DNA of 64,000 nt from a virus: positions 1 to 64,000 of the IMG/VR virus record IMGVR_UViG_3300003937_000144; one strand, written 5' to 3'. Within the stretch, counting starts at the first letter, position 1. Each line of letters begins with the position of its first letter. Positions 1 to 9,026 of this stretch are shown one piece after another. The notes beneath the pieces were generated by a model, which was not told where the DNA came from, did no database searches, and saw only the letters and a list, made by a program, of their open reading frames with translations. Made by a program: the position numbers and the translations under genes.

Positions 1-453
1 TTGTATGAAAAGATAGATGGCGAGTATAGAAAGACAATGAAAACTCATAAAGAGATTGTAGACTATTTCAATGCGTATAATAAATCAGCAGGTCATAGAC
101 GATTCAATTTTCAATATGCAGCATTCTCTATGGACTGTTCAGATTATTTTCCTACAGCAGTAGATCCAGATTCACACACATACTTAGGTAACAATGCTGT
201 TCGTTGTTTAAAGAAGTTATCTACTGGATATAGTCATGATGAGTTTATGGATATATTAAGAGAACGTACAGGCGGAAGACCAAAAGATTTAGAAGATGTT
301 ATGTGTGACTTTGTAAGGTTTGGTCAGAACTATGTACCAAGAGGTAACGGCACATATGACCACATTCCAAGTGATATAACTAATAGTAGCGGATGGGAAT
401 CTGGTTGGAGACAAAGACAAGGAACACCATCAAATAATATACTACCAATATAA
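1..453 (+). CDS. Amino-acid:DNA transferase-like (aGPT-Pplase family) protein, 5'-truncated by window edge
   Basis: C-terminal LEDVMCDFVRF resembles the conserved ED-x-x-C-[DE] motif of aGPT-Pplase DNA hypermodification enzymes; directly coupled to a PLP enzyme gene. Confidence 0.65.
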   Translation: MYEKIDGEYRKTMKTHKEIVDYFNAYNKSAGHRRFNFQYAAFSMDCSDYFPTAVDPDSHTYLGNNAVRCLKKLSTGYSHDEFMDILRERTGGRPKDLEDVMCDFVRFGQNYVPRGNGTYDHIPSDITNSSGWESGWRQRQGTPSNNILPI

Positions 454-1367
454 TGCCACATAACAAACATATAGAAGATGGGTTCAATATCGATATCGGT
501 ATGATGCAACCCGATGAAGCAAAGAATTATTATTTATGGTTAGCCAAAGACTGGAAGGACCCGAATCCACCTATAGTTGAAACAATGCATGAAGGAGTAA
601 GATGTGTAAGAGATGATCTTATTACTGGATCTAAAATACGTGGTGCAGATTTATTGATGTCAAGTATTAAAGAAGATACCGTGGCATACGTTCAACCAAG
701 AACTGGATTAGCTGGTGTAAGTATATTAGATGTTGCAAGTAAACATGGTAAAAAAGTACGTTTATATATGCCATCAAGTAAAAAAATAAGTCATCACCAA
801 GCATGTTGTATTGAAAGAGGAGCTCTAGTTAGTTTCCATAGAATTGCAGCAATGCCAAACCTAAACAAAATTGCTAAGGAAGATTCAAAGATACATGGAT
901 ATTACTTCATTCCCCTAGGACTGAAACACAAATTAATGACAGCAGGTATGGTAAAGGTTGCTAGTCAATTAAAAGAACCAGACGAAGTATATGTTGCAAC
1001 ATCAACTGGTGTACTCTCAAGGGCCCTGCAGATTGCTTGGCCTAATGCTAAGTTTACATCTGTTGCTGTAGCAAGAAATATGAAGGCAGGAGAGTTAGGT
1101 AGAGCAAAGGTTATATCTGAGCCACGGGCTTTCACGGCTCATGAGAGTAAAGAGAACTTACCACCATTTCCAAACATAGATACTTACGATGGTAAAGTTT
1201 GGAAGTATATACCAAAGAATACAGGCAGAGATATATTATTTTGGAATGTTGGTGCAGAACCAGTATTACATCAAAATCATATTATTGATGCAACAAATAG
1301 TTATAGAGATTGGGCTCCGCCTAAACGTGATAACGGAATACAAATATATGATAACAGGAACATTTAA
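453..1367 (+). CDS. PLP-dependent enzyme (fold type II), probable DNA base-hypermodification decarboxylase
   Basis: VRDDLITGSKIRG PLP-lysine motif, VATSTG phosphate loop, C-terminal ILFWNVG; context like ViI/M6-type thymidine hypermodification loci. Confidence 0.75.
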   Translation: MPHNKHIEDGFNIDIGMMQPDEAKNYYLWLAKDWKDPNPPIVETMHEGVRCVRDDLITGSKIRGADLLMSSIKEDTVAYVQPRTGLAGVSILDVASKHGKKVRLYMPSSKKISHHQACCIERGALVSFHRIAAMPNLNKIAKEDSKIHGYYFIPLGLKHKLMTAGMVKVASQLKEPDEVYVATSTGVLSRALQIAWPNAKFTSVAVARNMKAGELGRAKVISEPRAFTAHESKENLPPFPNIDTYDGKVWKYIPKNTGRDILFWNVGAEPVLHQNHIIDATNSYRDWAPPKRDNGIQIYDNRNI

Positions 1368-2179
1368 TAAGATACCAAAGAAAAAGAATAGCCTTTGGTG
1401 GTGGATTAAACCTATTTGGTGGATTTAATGGTGATCTTAAAAAGCGTATAGATAATTTTCTATTAGCTGAAGAAGTTTTCTCTCTTGATATGCCTATGCC
1501 AAGGTATGGTGATATGTTAGCCAAGCGAAAAGATGTAGAGGATAAAGCGTGGTGTGCTCGTGTTCAAGACAAATGTGACAATGCAAAAACATTACTATCC
1601 ACAGATTTAGATACGGAATGGTTAACTATAGGCGATAGTCATACGGCAGCATTTGCCCCTAAAGGTAGTATGGTTATTAAGACAGATGGTCTTACACTTA
1701 ATGGTCAGATTAAATCTAATTTTCAATATGTTCTTGACCACATGGCTAAATGCAATAATCTAATTGGAGTTACATTATGCTTTGGTAATATCGATATAAG
1801 ACATCACCTATGCAGGTTAAATGTAGACCCAAGAGATATGTGGATAGATTTAAAAAGATTTGGTGATTGGCTACCGGTACCAGTTGAGTATTCAGTGCCT
1901 TGGCCCATAGAGTTTGAAGGTAGAAGATTACCTAAGACTGGTTATTATAAACACCAACCATTTTGGGGTACACATTATGAAAGAAAAATGATGTTAGATA
2001 GAGTAATTGATACCATGGATATGGTGGAAATGAATAAAGTTATGTATCCAACCGAGTGGTTAAAGATGGATCCAGAAGTATTTGCAAAAACAAAAATGGA
2101 AAGTACTAGCTCGGTACATATATCACCTGAAGTATACAGACGAAAAGAATTCGGGGAAGAGTATGTACTTCCAATATAA
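1348..2179 (+). pseudogene. GDS(H)-motif SGNH-like protein, frame broken near 1393 (fragment MITGTFNKIPKKKNS, then FGGGLNLFGG... in another frame)
   Basis: ATG 1348 overlaps the PLP gene end; the frame of ORF 1490..2179 reads as protein from 1394 with no start; LTIGDSHT, FGNIDIRHH and SVHISP motifs. Confidence 0.55.
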
Positions 2180-2191
2180 ATGTGATATAAT
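2162..2191 (+). promoter_or_regulatory. Middle-type promoter TATGTAC-N16-TATAAT (extended -10)
   Basis: tATGTAC + 17 nt + TATAAT with TGn extension, upstream of uvsX; same motif recurs 4 more times. Confidence 0.75.
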
Positions 2192-2219
2192 ATACCTATG
2201 AGATAACAAAGGAGTATAA

Positions 2220-3281
2220 ATGGGAATAATGGATAAATTAGCGAAGAACTCTCGTATAAAGGAGTCTTCCCAACTTGACAAAAGCAAGTTGTTTAGTAAT
2301 CAAGAAATGGTAACCACTAAGGTTCCAATGATTAACGTTGCACTATCAGGTGATCCAGACGGAGGTCTGACATCAGGTTTAACAGTATTAGCAGGACCAA
2401 GTAAGCATTTTAAGACTTCATTTGGATTGTTAATGGCGGCAGCATACTTAGATAAGTATGAAGAAGCTGTATTATTGTTTTATGATTCAGAGTTTGGTAG
2501 CCCGCAACAATATTTTAAGTCGTTCGGTATTGACACTTCGCGTGTTCTACATAGCCCCATTACTAATGTAGAAGAGCTTAAGTTTGATTTAATTCATCAG
2601 CTCGAACATATCGACCGCAACGACAAAGTCATTATAATGATTGACTCTGTCGGTAACCTAGCTTCTAAGAAGGAGCTAGATGATGCTATGAATGAGAAGT
2701 CAGTAGCAGATATGTCGAGAGCGAAAGCCCTCAAAGGTTTATTTAGAATGACTACCCCTTATCTAACGATGAAAGATATTCCATTGTTAGCAGTCAACCA
2801 CACATATCAAGAAATAGGCTTATTCCCCAAAGCGGTCGTATCCGGTGGCACAGGTATATACTACTCCTCAGACAATATCTGGATCATCGGACGGCAGCAA
2901 GAAAAGAAGGGGACAGAAATTAAAGGATATAACTTTGTTATCAATGTAGAAAAGTCAAGGTTTGTCCGTGAGAAATCTAAGATCCCTATTGCAGTTACAT
3001 GGGAAGGTGGTATTGAACCATATTCTGGTTTATTAGATGTAGCAATAGATGGTGGTTATGTTGTTAAGCCTACGATTGGTTGGTACTCAAAGGTTGATAG
3101 ATCTACCGGTGAGGTAGAAGATAAGAAAGTACGTATTGCTGACACACTTAAAGAAGAGTTTTGGAAACCTATCTTTGATAATACAGATTTTAAGACACAC
3201 ATTAAACTCAAATATGAAGTCGGCCATGCTGACATGATTAAAGTATCACACCTAGAAGAAGGGTGGGATGATGAAGATTGA
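2220..3281 (+). CDS. uvsX: UvsX RecA-like recombinase
   Basis: LAGPSKHFKT Walker A, LFYDSEFG, IDSVGNLASKKE, T4 UvsX-like throughout. Confidence 0.97.
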   Translation: MGIMDKLAKNSRIKESSQLDKSKLFSNQEMVTTKVPMINVALSGDPDGGLTSGLTVLAGPSKHFKTSFGLLMAAAYLDKYEEAVLLFYDSEFGSPQQYFKSFGIDTSRVLHSPITNVEELKFDLIHQLEHIDRNDKVIIMIDSVGNLASKKELDDAMNEKSVADMSRAKALKGLFRMTTPYLTMKDIPLLAVNHTYQEIGLFPKAVVSGGTGIYYSSDNIWIIGRQQEKKGTEIKGYNFVINVEKSRFVREKSKIPIAVTWEGGIEPYSGLLDVAIDGGYVVKPTIGWYSKVDRSTGEVEDKKVRIADTLKEEFWKPIFDNTDFKTHIKLKYEVGHADMIKVSHLEEGWDDED

Positions 3282-4620
3282 GACATTAATCTTACGTAAC
3301 TTAATGTTGAATGAGGATTATACTCGAAATGTAATTCCTCATTTAAGAACTATATATTTTGAAGAACCACATAGAGCGGTCTTTAATGAGATTGTTGACT
3401 TCGTCAATAAGTTTAATAAGCTACCAAGTGCTGATGCACTAAGTATTGAATTAAGAAATAACCCTAAGGTTGGCTCTGAGTCTTTAGCTCTTATTCCTGA
3501 AATAAGTGTTATGGATAAAGAGAATACCCAAGAGTGGTTAGTTGAAAAGACTGAGAAATGGTGTCAAGACAGAGCAATCTATTTAGCAATTATGGATTCT
3601 ATTAATATTATTGAAGGTAAGCATGAGACATTAGATAAGAATGCATTACCGCAAGTATTAAGTGAAGCTCTTGGTGTTAACTTTGATTTAAGAGTTGGTC
3701 ACGATTATGTTGATGACTCTGATGGTCGTTATGATTTCTATCATAGGCAAGAAGAACACCTACCATTTGACTTAGAAAAGTTTAACACAATCACTAAAGG
3801 TGGTCTCGTCAAGAAATCATTGAATGTGGCTCTCGCAGGTACAGGTGTAGGTAAGTCTTTATTTATGTGTCATGTCGCTGCAGGGGCCTTGACTCAGATG
3901 AAAAATGTCCTATATATAACTATGGAGATGGCAGAAGAAAGGATAGCAGAACGTATTGACGCTAATCTAATGAATGTGCCTATTGACCAATTAGAGAATC
4001 TATCGAAAGATATGTTCGATAAGAAGATGCATAAGCTCACTGACAAAGGTGTTGGTAAACTTATTGTGAAAGAGTATCCCACTGGGGCAGCAAGCTCTAT
4101 TCACTTTAGAGCATTATTAAAAGAATTAAAGATCAAACGTGATTTCACACCTGATCTTATTTGTATAGACTATTTAAATATATGTGCAAGCTCACGTATG
4201 AAAGCTATGGGTGGATCCATTAACTCATATATTATGGTCAAAGCAATAGCAGAAGAATTGCGTGGCATGGCGGTAGAGTATAACTTACCTATCGTTACTG
4301 CCACACAAACCACTAGATCTGGTTTCGCATCATCTGATGTGGGATTAGAAGATACGAGTGAATCATTTGGTTTACCGGCAACGGCTGACCTTATGTTTGC
4401 ACTTATATCTACGGAAGAACTAGAGAACCTTAATCAGATAATGGTTAAGCAATTAAAGAATAGGTATAATGATCCTACAGGTGGGAACAAGAAGTTCGTA
4501 CTTGGTATTGATAGAGCAAAGATGAGACTATATGATGTAGAAGATACTGCGCAAACTCTCAATGTAAGGGATGAGCCACCTAAGAAAAATACACAATTTG
4601 AGGATTTTACATATGAATAA
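3268..4620 (+). CDS. gp41: Replicative DNA helicase
   Basis: LAGTGVGKSL Walker A, YITMEMAEE, IDYLNI, ATQTTRSG, SESFGLPATAD. Confidence 0.97.
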   Translation: MMKIETLILRNLMLNEDYTRNVIPHLRTIYFEEPHRAVFNEIVDFVNKFNKLPSADALSIELRNNPKVGSESLALIPEISVMDKENTQEWLVEKTEKWCQDRAIYLAIMDSINIIEGKHETLDKNALPQVLSEALGVNFDLRVGHDYVDDSDGRYDFYHRQEEHLPFDLEKFNTITKGGLVKKSLNVALAGTGVGKSLFMCHVAAGALTQMKNVLYITMEMAEERIAERIDANLMNVPIDQLENLSKDMFDKKMHKLTDKGVGKLIVKEYPTGAASSIHFRALLKELKIKRDFTPDLICIDYLNICASSRMKAMGGSINSYIMVKAIAEELRGMAVEYNLPIVTATQTTRSGFASSDVGLEDTSESFGLPATADLMFALISTEELENLNQIMVKQLKNRYNDPTGGNKKFVLGIDRAKMRLYDVEDTAQTLNVRDEPPKKNTQFEDFTYE

Positions 4621-4774
4621 TATTTTGAAACCTTACATATCCAGAATGTTGAATAAAGAACATATGATGGCTATGACTAAGGTCAAATTAGAAAAGCTAG
4701 CTCGCAAAGAAGGCGTTGAGTTAGATAGACGTGAGAAGAAAGAATCTCTTGTCGAACAAATATTAACCTTGTGA
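4613..4774 (+). CDS. Small helical protein (Rho-N-like)
   Basis: MTKVKLEKLARKEGVELDRREKKESLVEQI pattern; overlaps both neighbours. Confidence 0.5.
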   Translation: MNNILKPYISRMLNKEHMMAMTKVKLEKLARKEGVELDRREKKESLVEQILTL

Positions 4775-5238
4775 GCACTCTATTAACAGGTCATGGTTGG
4801 GCATCTAAATATAAACACCTAGCCAAAGAGATCTCTACATGGAGCAAAGACCCAAGCACTAAAGTTGGTGCAGTGGTTGTAGGCGAACATGGTCAGTTAT
4901 TGTCTCAAGGATATAACGGTTTTCCAAGAGGCATAAAAGACTCAGATGAAAGATTAAATAATCGTGAAAGAAAGTATGAATTAGTTGTACATGCAGAAAT
5001 GAATGCTATATATAATGCTAGTCTTAATGGAGTTTCTTTAGCAGATTCTACATTATATGTATATGGTTTACCTGTTTGTAACGAATGTGCTAAAGGTATT
5101 ATTCAATGTGGTATTAAAAAGGTTGTTGCAACAAGACCAACAGAATATAATGGAGCATGGGATAATTCAATAAAAGGAGCCGAAGCTTTATTTAAAGAAG
5201 CAGAGGTAATGTATTTAATAGACGTGGAGGAAGAATGA
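4771..5238 (+). CDS. cd: dCMP deaminase
   Basis: SKDPSTKVGA, GYNGFPRG, HAEMNA and PVCNECAK zinc motifs. Confidence 0.95.
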   Translation: MSTLLTGHGWASKYKHLAKEISTWSKDPSTKVGAVVVGEHGQLLSQGYNGFPRGIKDSDERLNNRERKYELVVHAEMNAIYNASLNGVSLADSTLYVYGLPVCNECAKGIIQCGIKKVVATRPTEYNGAWDNSIKGAEALFKEAEVMYLIDVEEE

Positions 5239-5369
5239 GTAAGACTGCAATACCGTATGTCATACGGAAAAGGGATCATAATAAAAATATTATCTCTAAG
5301 AAATATTTAAGTCATGGAACATTCAGATGTAAACGTCATCCAAACAGTAAGAGGTGTAAAAGTGCTTAA
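5235..5369 (+). CDS. Small basic protein (44 aa, not in ORF track)
   Basis: MSKTAIPYVIRKRDHNKNIISKKYLSHGTFRCKRHPNSKRCKSA; GGAGG RBS, ATGA overlap with cd stop. Confidence 0.6.
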   Translation: MSKTAIPYVIRKRDHNKNIISKKYLSHGTFRCKRHPNSKRCKSA

Positions 5370-5697
5370 AGCATTATTTAATCAAGGCTATTCGAAAAAG
5401 TTCATGGACCGAATAGAATTTAGAAGAAAGGAATACTACGAGAAACGTAGAATTCAAACGATCCGTGACAATGCTATGAAGATGGCATATAACTGGTCAC
5501 ATGAATATCCTACTGGTACGCCATTAGAATATATTCGTGATGACATTATTGAATGTTGGGAAAGGAATTCAAAGGTTGGTATTTTTGCGAATATAGATAA
5601 GAAGCAAAATATACAAGTACCAAACAAATATCCATTAGATCCATATGAAAAAGAAGTTGGAATCCCATACAAATTAGAAGGAAAACATGAAAAATAA
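5362..5697 (+). CDS. Hypothetical protein
   Basis: ORF 5314..5697, likely GTG start at 5362 overlapping the previous stop. Confidence 0.55.
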   Translation: MLKALFNQGYSKKFMDRIEFRRKEYYEKRRIQTIRDNAMKMAYNWSHEYPTGTPLEYIRDDIIECWERNSKVGIFANIDKKQNIQVPNKYPLDPYEKEVGIPYKLEGKHEK

Positions 5698-6115
5698 ATT
5701 AATAGGTTTAATCTTAATTGCCGTATCTATGTCAGCACTCGCTGCCAATAGAGGCGCAGTTGTAACAGATCATTACCATGAGGTTGTATACTTACAACCA
5801 TATACAGTTGAAGTATGTCAGAACCAACAAGTACAGGTAGGCAATGCAGACATTGCAAATAGTGCATTTTGGGGAGCAATCTTCGGTGGAGTTGTTGGTG
5901 ATGCTTTAGATGATGAGAATGGTAAAGTTCCAGGAGCTATCATTGGTGCTATGATTGGTGCTAAAGATGCTGAAGGCAAGGTAGGTACAACTACAGCTAT
6001 GGTGTGTAAGACTGAGACACGTAAGAAGTCTACTACCGTTAATGAATACTCACACTCAGTTATTAGATTTGAGTACGATGGTATTATGTACGAGCTCGAC
6101 TTTATTAAAAGGTAA
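5687..6115 (+). CDS. Secreted glycine-zipper (2TM) protein
   Basis: Signal peptide; GAIFGGVVG...GAIIGAMIG glycine zipper. Confidence 0.75.
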   Translation: MKNKLIGLILIAVSMSALAANRGAVVTDHYHEVVYLQPYTVEVCQNQQVQVGNADIANSAFWGAIFGGVVGDALDDENGKVPGAIIGAMIGAKDAEGKVGTTTAMVCKTETRKKSTTVNEYSHSVIRFEYDGIMYELDFIKR

Positions 6116-6426
6116 TGGCTAAGAAAAAAAAGAAGTTTATACCATTTAATAGATGGTCATTCGTAGACCGCAATGATCTAGATACAGATCATTGGTATAT
6201 TAGATTAGAGGGTGGTGAATACCACGATGTGATCTATCGTTATATGGATGTCAAATTAAATGATACAACCAAATCTATAAATTTCGATTATGAAATTGTA
6301 GAATATCCAATGGAAACTCCTCACGGTAATCCACAATTTAATGAAGCTGTTGGCGCTATACTACAAAGTATATTGGCTGACTCAATGGAAAAACAGGACT
6401 TCGTATTAGGTCCACGATCTAAATGA
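6115..6426 (+). CDS. Conserved T4-like hypothetical protein
   Basis: IRLEGGEYHDVIYRY...INFDYEIV pattern typical of T4-like phages. Confidence 0.6.
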   Translation: MAKKKKKFIPFNRWSFVDRNDLDTDHWYIRLEGGEYHDVIYRYMDVKLNDTTKSINFDYEIVEYPMETPHGNPQFNEAVGAILQSILADSMEKQDFVLGPRSK

Positions 6427-6695
6427 ATGTAAAAGAAACACTAACCATTCTCTCAGAAGAGTGCGCGGAAGTAATACAAGCTAACTCAAAATTAATTAGA
6501 TTCGGACCATATGATGAAGATAATATTCACGAACTAGAAAAAGAGTTAGGTGATATCATGGCTATGATACTTATACTTGATTATTATGGCTATGTTTCAA
6601 CAGAAAAAATAACAGACAATGTTATTCCTAAGCTTACTAAACTTAAAAAGTACAGTAAAATTAAGAATTTGAATAAGATTATCAAGAATTTATAA
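6423..6695 (+). CDS. MazG-like NTP pyrophosphohydrolase
   Basis: LSEECAEVIQA...LEKELGDIMAM (EExxE...ExxD). Confidence 0.75.
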   Translation: MNVKETLTILSEECAEVIQANSKLIRFGPYDEDNIHELEKELGDIMAMILILDYYGYVSTEKITDNVIPKLTKLKKYSKIKNLNKIIKNL

Positions 6696-6699
6696 AACC

Positions 6700-6707
6700 T
6701 ATAAATA
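6700..6707 (+). promoter_or_regulatory. T4-type late promoter TATAAATA
   Basis: Exact consensus upstream of the kinase cluster. Confidence 0.75.
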
Positions 6708-6735
6708 CCTTTATAATTATTCATATAAAGGTCCG

Positions 6736-7455
6736 ATGCAGTCTTTACAAACATTTCTCGAGGGTCGAAATGACCCTTCAATATTCAAAGCAGTTTTTAT
6801 GGCAGGCGCTCCAGGCGCAGGCAAGTCTTTTGTCTCTGATTGGATGGCATTAGGACCGCAACTTGGCTTTAAAGTAATTAATTCTGATAAAGAATTCAGT
6901 CGTTATATGAGAGAAGCAGGCCTTACCGATGATAAAGGCGCAGTCATTATTGACCCTAAAAGATCTTTCGAACGTGATGTTGTACGCACGGTAGCAAAAC
7001 GACATACTGCAGCTATCCAGAGACATGCTTTAATTGGTAGATTAGGTCTTGTTATTGATGGTACAGCTGCAAATGCTACTAAAATAATAGCGCAAAAGAA
7101 AAAGTTAGAGTTACTTGGTTATGAATGTGCTATGGTTTATGTTAATGTTCCTTTGAAAATGTCAATAGCAGCAGACAAACAGCGTGGTGAAGAGGGTGAA
7201 AGAACTATTGGAGCAGAACTTGTTACGGCTAAATACAATGAATTAGATACAGGTATACCTAAATTAATAAAAGCATTTGGTTCAGCAACTACTGGGTTCG
7301 GGCCTAGGCCTAGTAAATCAATGTTTTTTATAGTAGATAATACAGTAAGAGAAAAAACACCAAGTCTAATTAGAAAGGTGTTAGGTGAGATTACTAAATG
7401 GGCTAAAAAATTGCCAAAGAATAGGGCAGCAAAACTATGGATGAAGAATAACTAA
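6736..7455 (+). CDS. P-loop kinase (AAA_33/zeta-toxin/PNK-like)
   Basis: MAGAPGAGKS Walker A, VINSD, LVIDGT; leader MQSLQTFLE. Confidence 0.85.
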   Translation: MQSLQTFLEGRNDPSIFKAVFMAGAPGAGKSFVSDWMALGPQLGFKVINSDKEFSRYMREAGLTDDKGAVIIDPKRSFERDVVRTVAKRHTAAIQRHALIGRLGLVIDGTAANATKIIAQKKKLELLGYECAMVYVNVPLKMSIAADKQRGEEGERTIGAELVTAKYNELDTGIPKLIKAFGSATTGFGPRPSKSMFFIVDNTVREKTPSLIRKVLGEITKWAKKLPKNRAAKLWMKNN

Positions 7456-9026
7456 TGTTAAATTTTAAAGAACAAGTAAATGAAACAACTGGCATGCGCT
7501 TAGTCGATCTTCTTCCGAAGAAGGTTAAGCGTCTGATATACAGAGTTGCACATCAAGACAAATATAAAGGTGCTTTGCTTATGATAAAGCATTTAAGACA
7601 AGATCCTGATGTAATCTCAAGAGGCTTAACTAAACACCAGATTCAAAATATTGCTGCTGACCATTTTAAATTAGATCATAGAGAGTTTGCAAAGATACTC
7701 AATCGTCAAACAAGATACGAAGAAGCTCCTCCAGGAATGGCAGACACCGTCAAGAAATTTAAAGCTGATGGTATGGATGACGAGACGGCATTCGCACTTG
7801 CTTGGTCTATATATAATAAGAAAGAGGATGAGGTAGTACAATTATCAGAGGCAACAACTAAAGCCTCTACGTATTTTGAGTGGGCTCTTATTGCTATGAT
7901 TAATGATAAGTCAAAAGACGAAGGCGACTTTATTCGTAATATGAAAAGAGATAAAGGTTATACCGCTTGGTTTAAAGCTACAGATAAAAAATGGAATCAA
8001 AATCAATCAGATCATTATGAATTCTCTAAAAAATTAAAGAGTATTACAAGATCAAAGACCGCCGAATCAGCTGGTCAATCTTCTCCATCGACTTCAGCTA
8101 TGTGGAAAGACGTTACTGGTAAAAGCAAAGATACTTCTAAAGCTGATATTAATATAGGTTCACACAAAGTAAGTGTTAAAGGTACACAAGCCCGGTTAAT
8201 GTCTGGTGTTAAAGAGGAAAGTCTTGCTACACTATATGCAGCATTTGATACTATAGGCGTGGATAATCTCGGCCAAAACTTAGAAAAAATAGTAAATGAA
8301 TTTGTGTCAAAGGTTAGAACGGTTGGTGATGAAATGACTTCGACAGCTATCAAAGAAAAAGATCCTAAAACATTATCTGCAGAAAATAAAGCAGCATTTA
8401 AACAATTAGAAACACAAGTTCAAGTTAAAGCTAAAGCTGAAACTGCATTTAAAAAAGCATTTGCTAATAGGGAATTCGCTGATGCATTTGCTTGGGAAGC
8501 TATGAGTGGTGAAAAGAAATTTGGTAATGGTGAAGGTACAGCTGATGCAATGCTGGTCTGGCCATATGATCTAAGAAATATTGCATGGTATCCTGCCTTA
8601 AGTCTTAATCATAAGTATGTTAAAAAGGTTTCAGGTCAAATGAAGTTCTCAGCTAATGTTAAATCAGCAAGCTATAAAAAGAAAAATAAGAAATATGGTT
8701 ATGCTATATCACAAGTTGTTGACTTAGCTTTTAAAACTGCTGATTCTGAATTTGATATTGCTAAGAATGAGAGTATAGAACAAAGATTAGATCTAGAGAC
8801 TATGTTACAAGAAGGTAAAATTGATGAAGCAAAGTTATTAGATAAGCTTAAAGGTATTTGGGAAAGATTAAGGAATGCAATAGCAACAGCATGGGCTAAG
8901 TTAATGAATGCAATCACTAATCTTGCCCAACAAATAAGAGATGCAATTGATGGTGGTTTAGATACTTTACTAGATGCATTTGAATTAGAACCAGTTATCA
9001 AATTTAATAACAATATAAAACTATGA
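7455..9026 (+). CDS. Multi-domain probable internal head protein with PD-(D/E)xK-like nuclease domain
   Basis: Leader MLNFKEQVNE; TSKADINIG...VSVK resembles a PD-(D/E)xK/SxK core; internal LSE/A and IDE/A sites. Confidence 0.5.
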   Translation: MLNFKEQVNETTGMRLVDLLPKKVKRLIYRVAHQDKYKGALLMIKHLRQDPDVISRGLTKHQIQNIAADHFKLDHREFAKILNRQTRYEEAPPGMADTVKKFKADGMDDETAFALAWSIYNKKEDEVVQLSEATTKASTYFEWALIAMINDKSKDEGDFIRNMKRDKGYTAWFKATDKKWNQNQSDHYEFSKKLKSITRSKTAESAGQSSPSTSAMWKDVTGKSKDTSKADINIGSHKVSVKGTQARLMSGVKEESLATLYAAFDTIGVDNLGQNLEKIVNEFVSKVRTVGDEMTSTAIKEKDPKTLSAENKAAFKQLETQVQVKAKAETAFKKAFANREFADAFAWEAMSGEKKFGNGEGTADAMLVWPYDLRNIAWYPALSLNHKYVKKVSGQMKFSANVKSASYKKKNKKYGYAISQVVDLAFKTADSEFDIAKNESIEQRLDLETMLQEGKIDEAKLLDKLKGIWERLRNAIATAWAKLMNAITNLAQQIRDAIDGGLDTLLDAFELEPVIKFNNNIKL

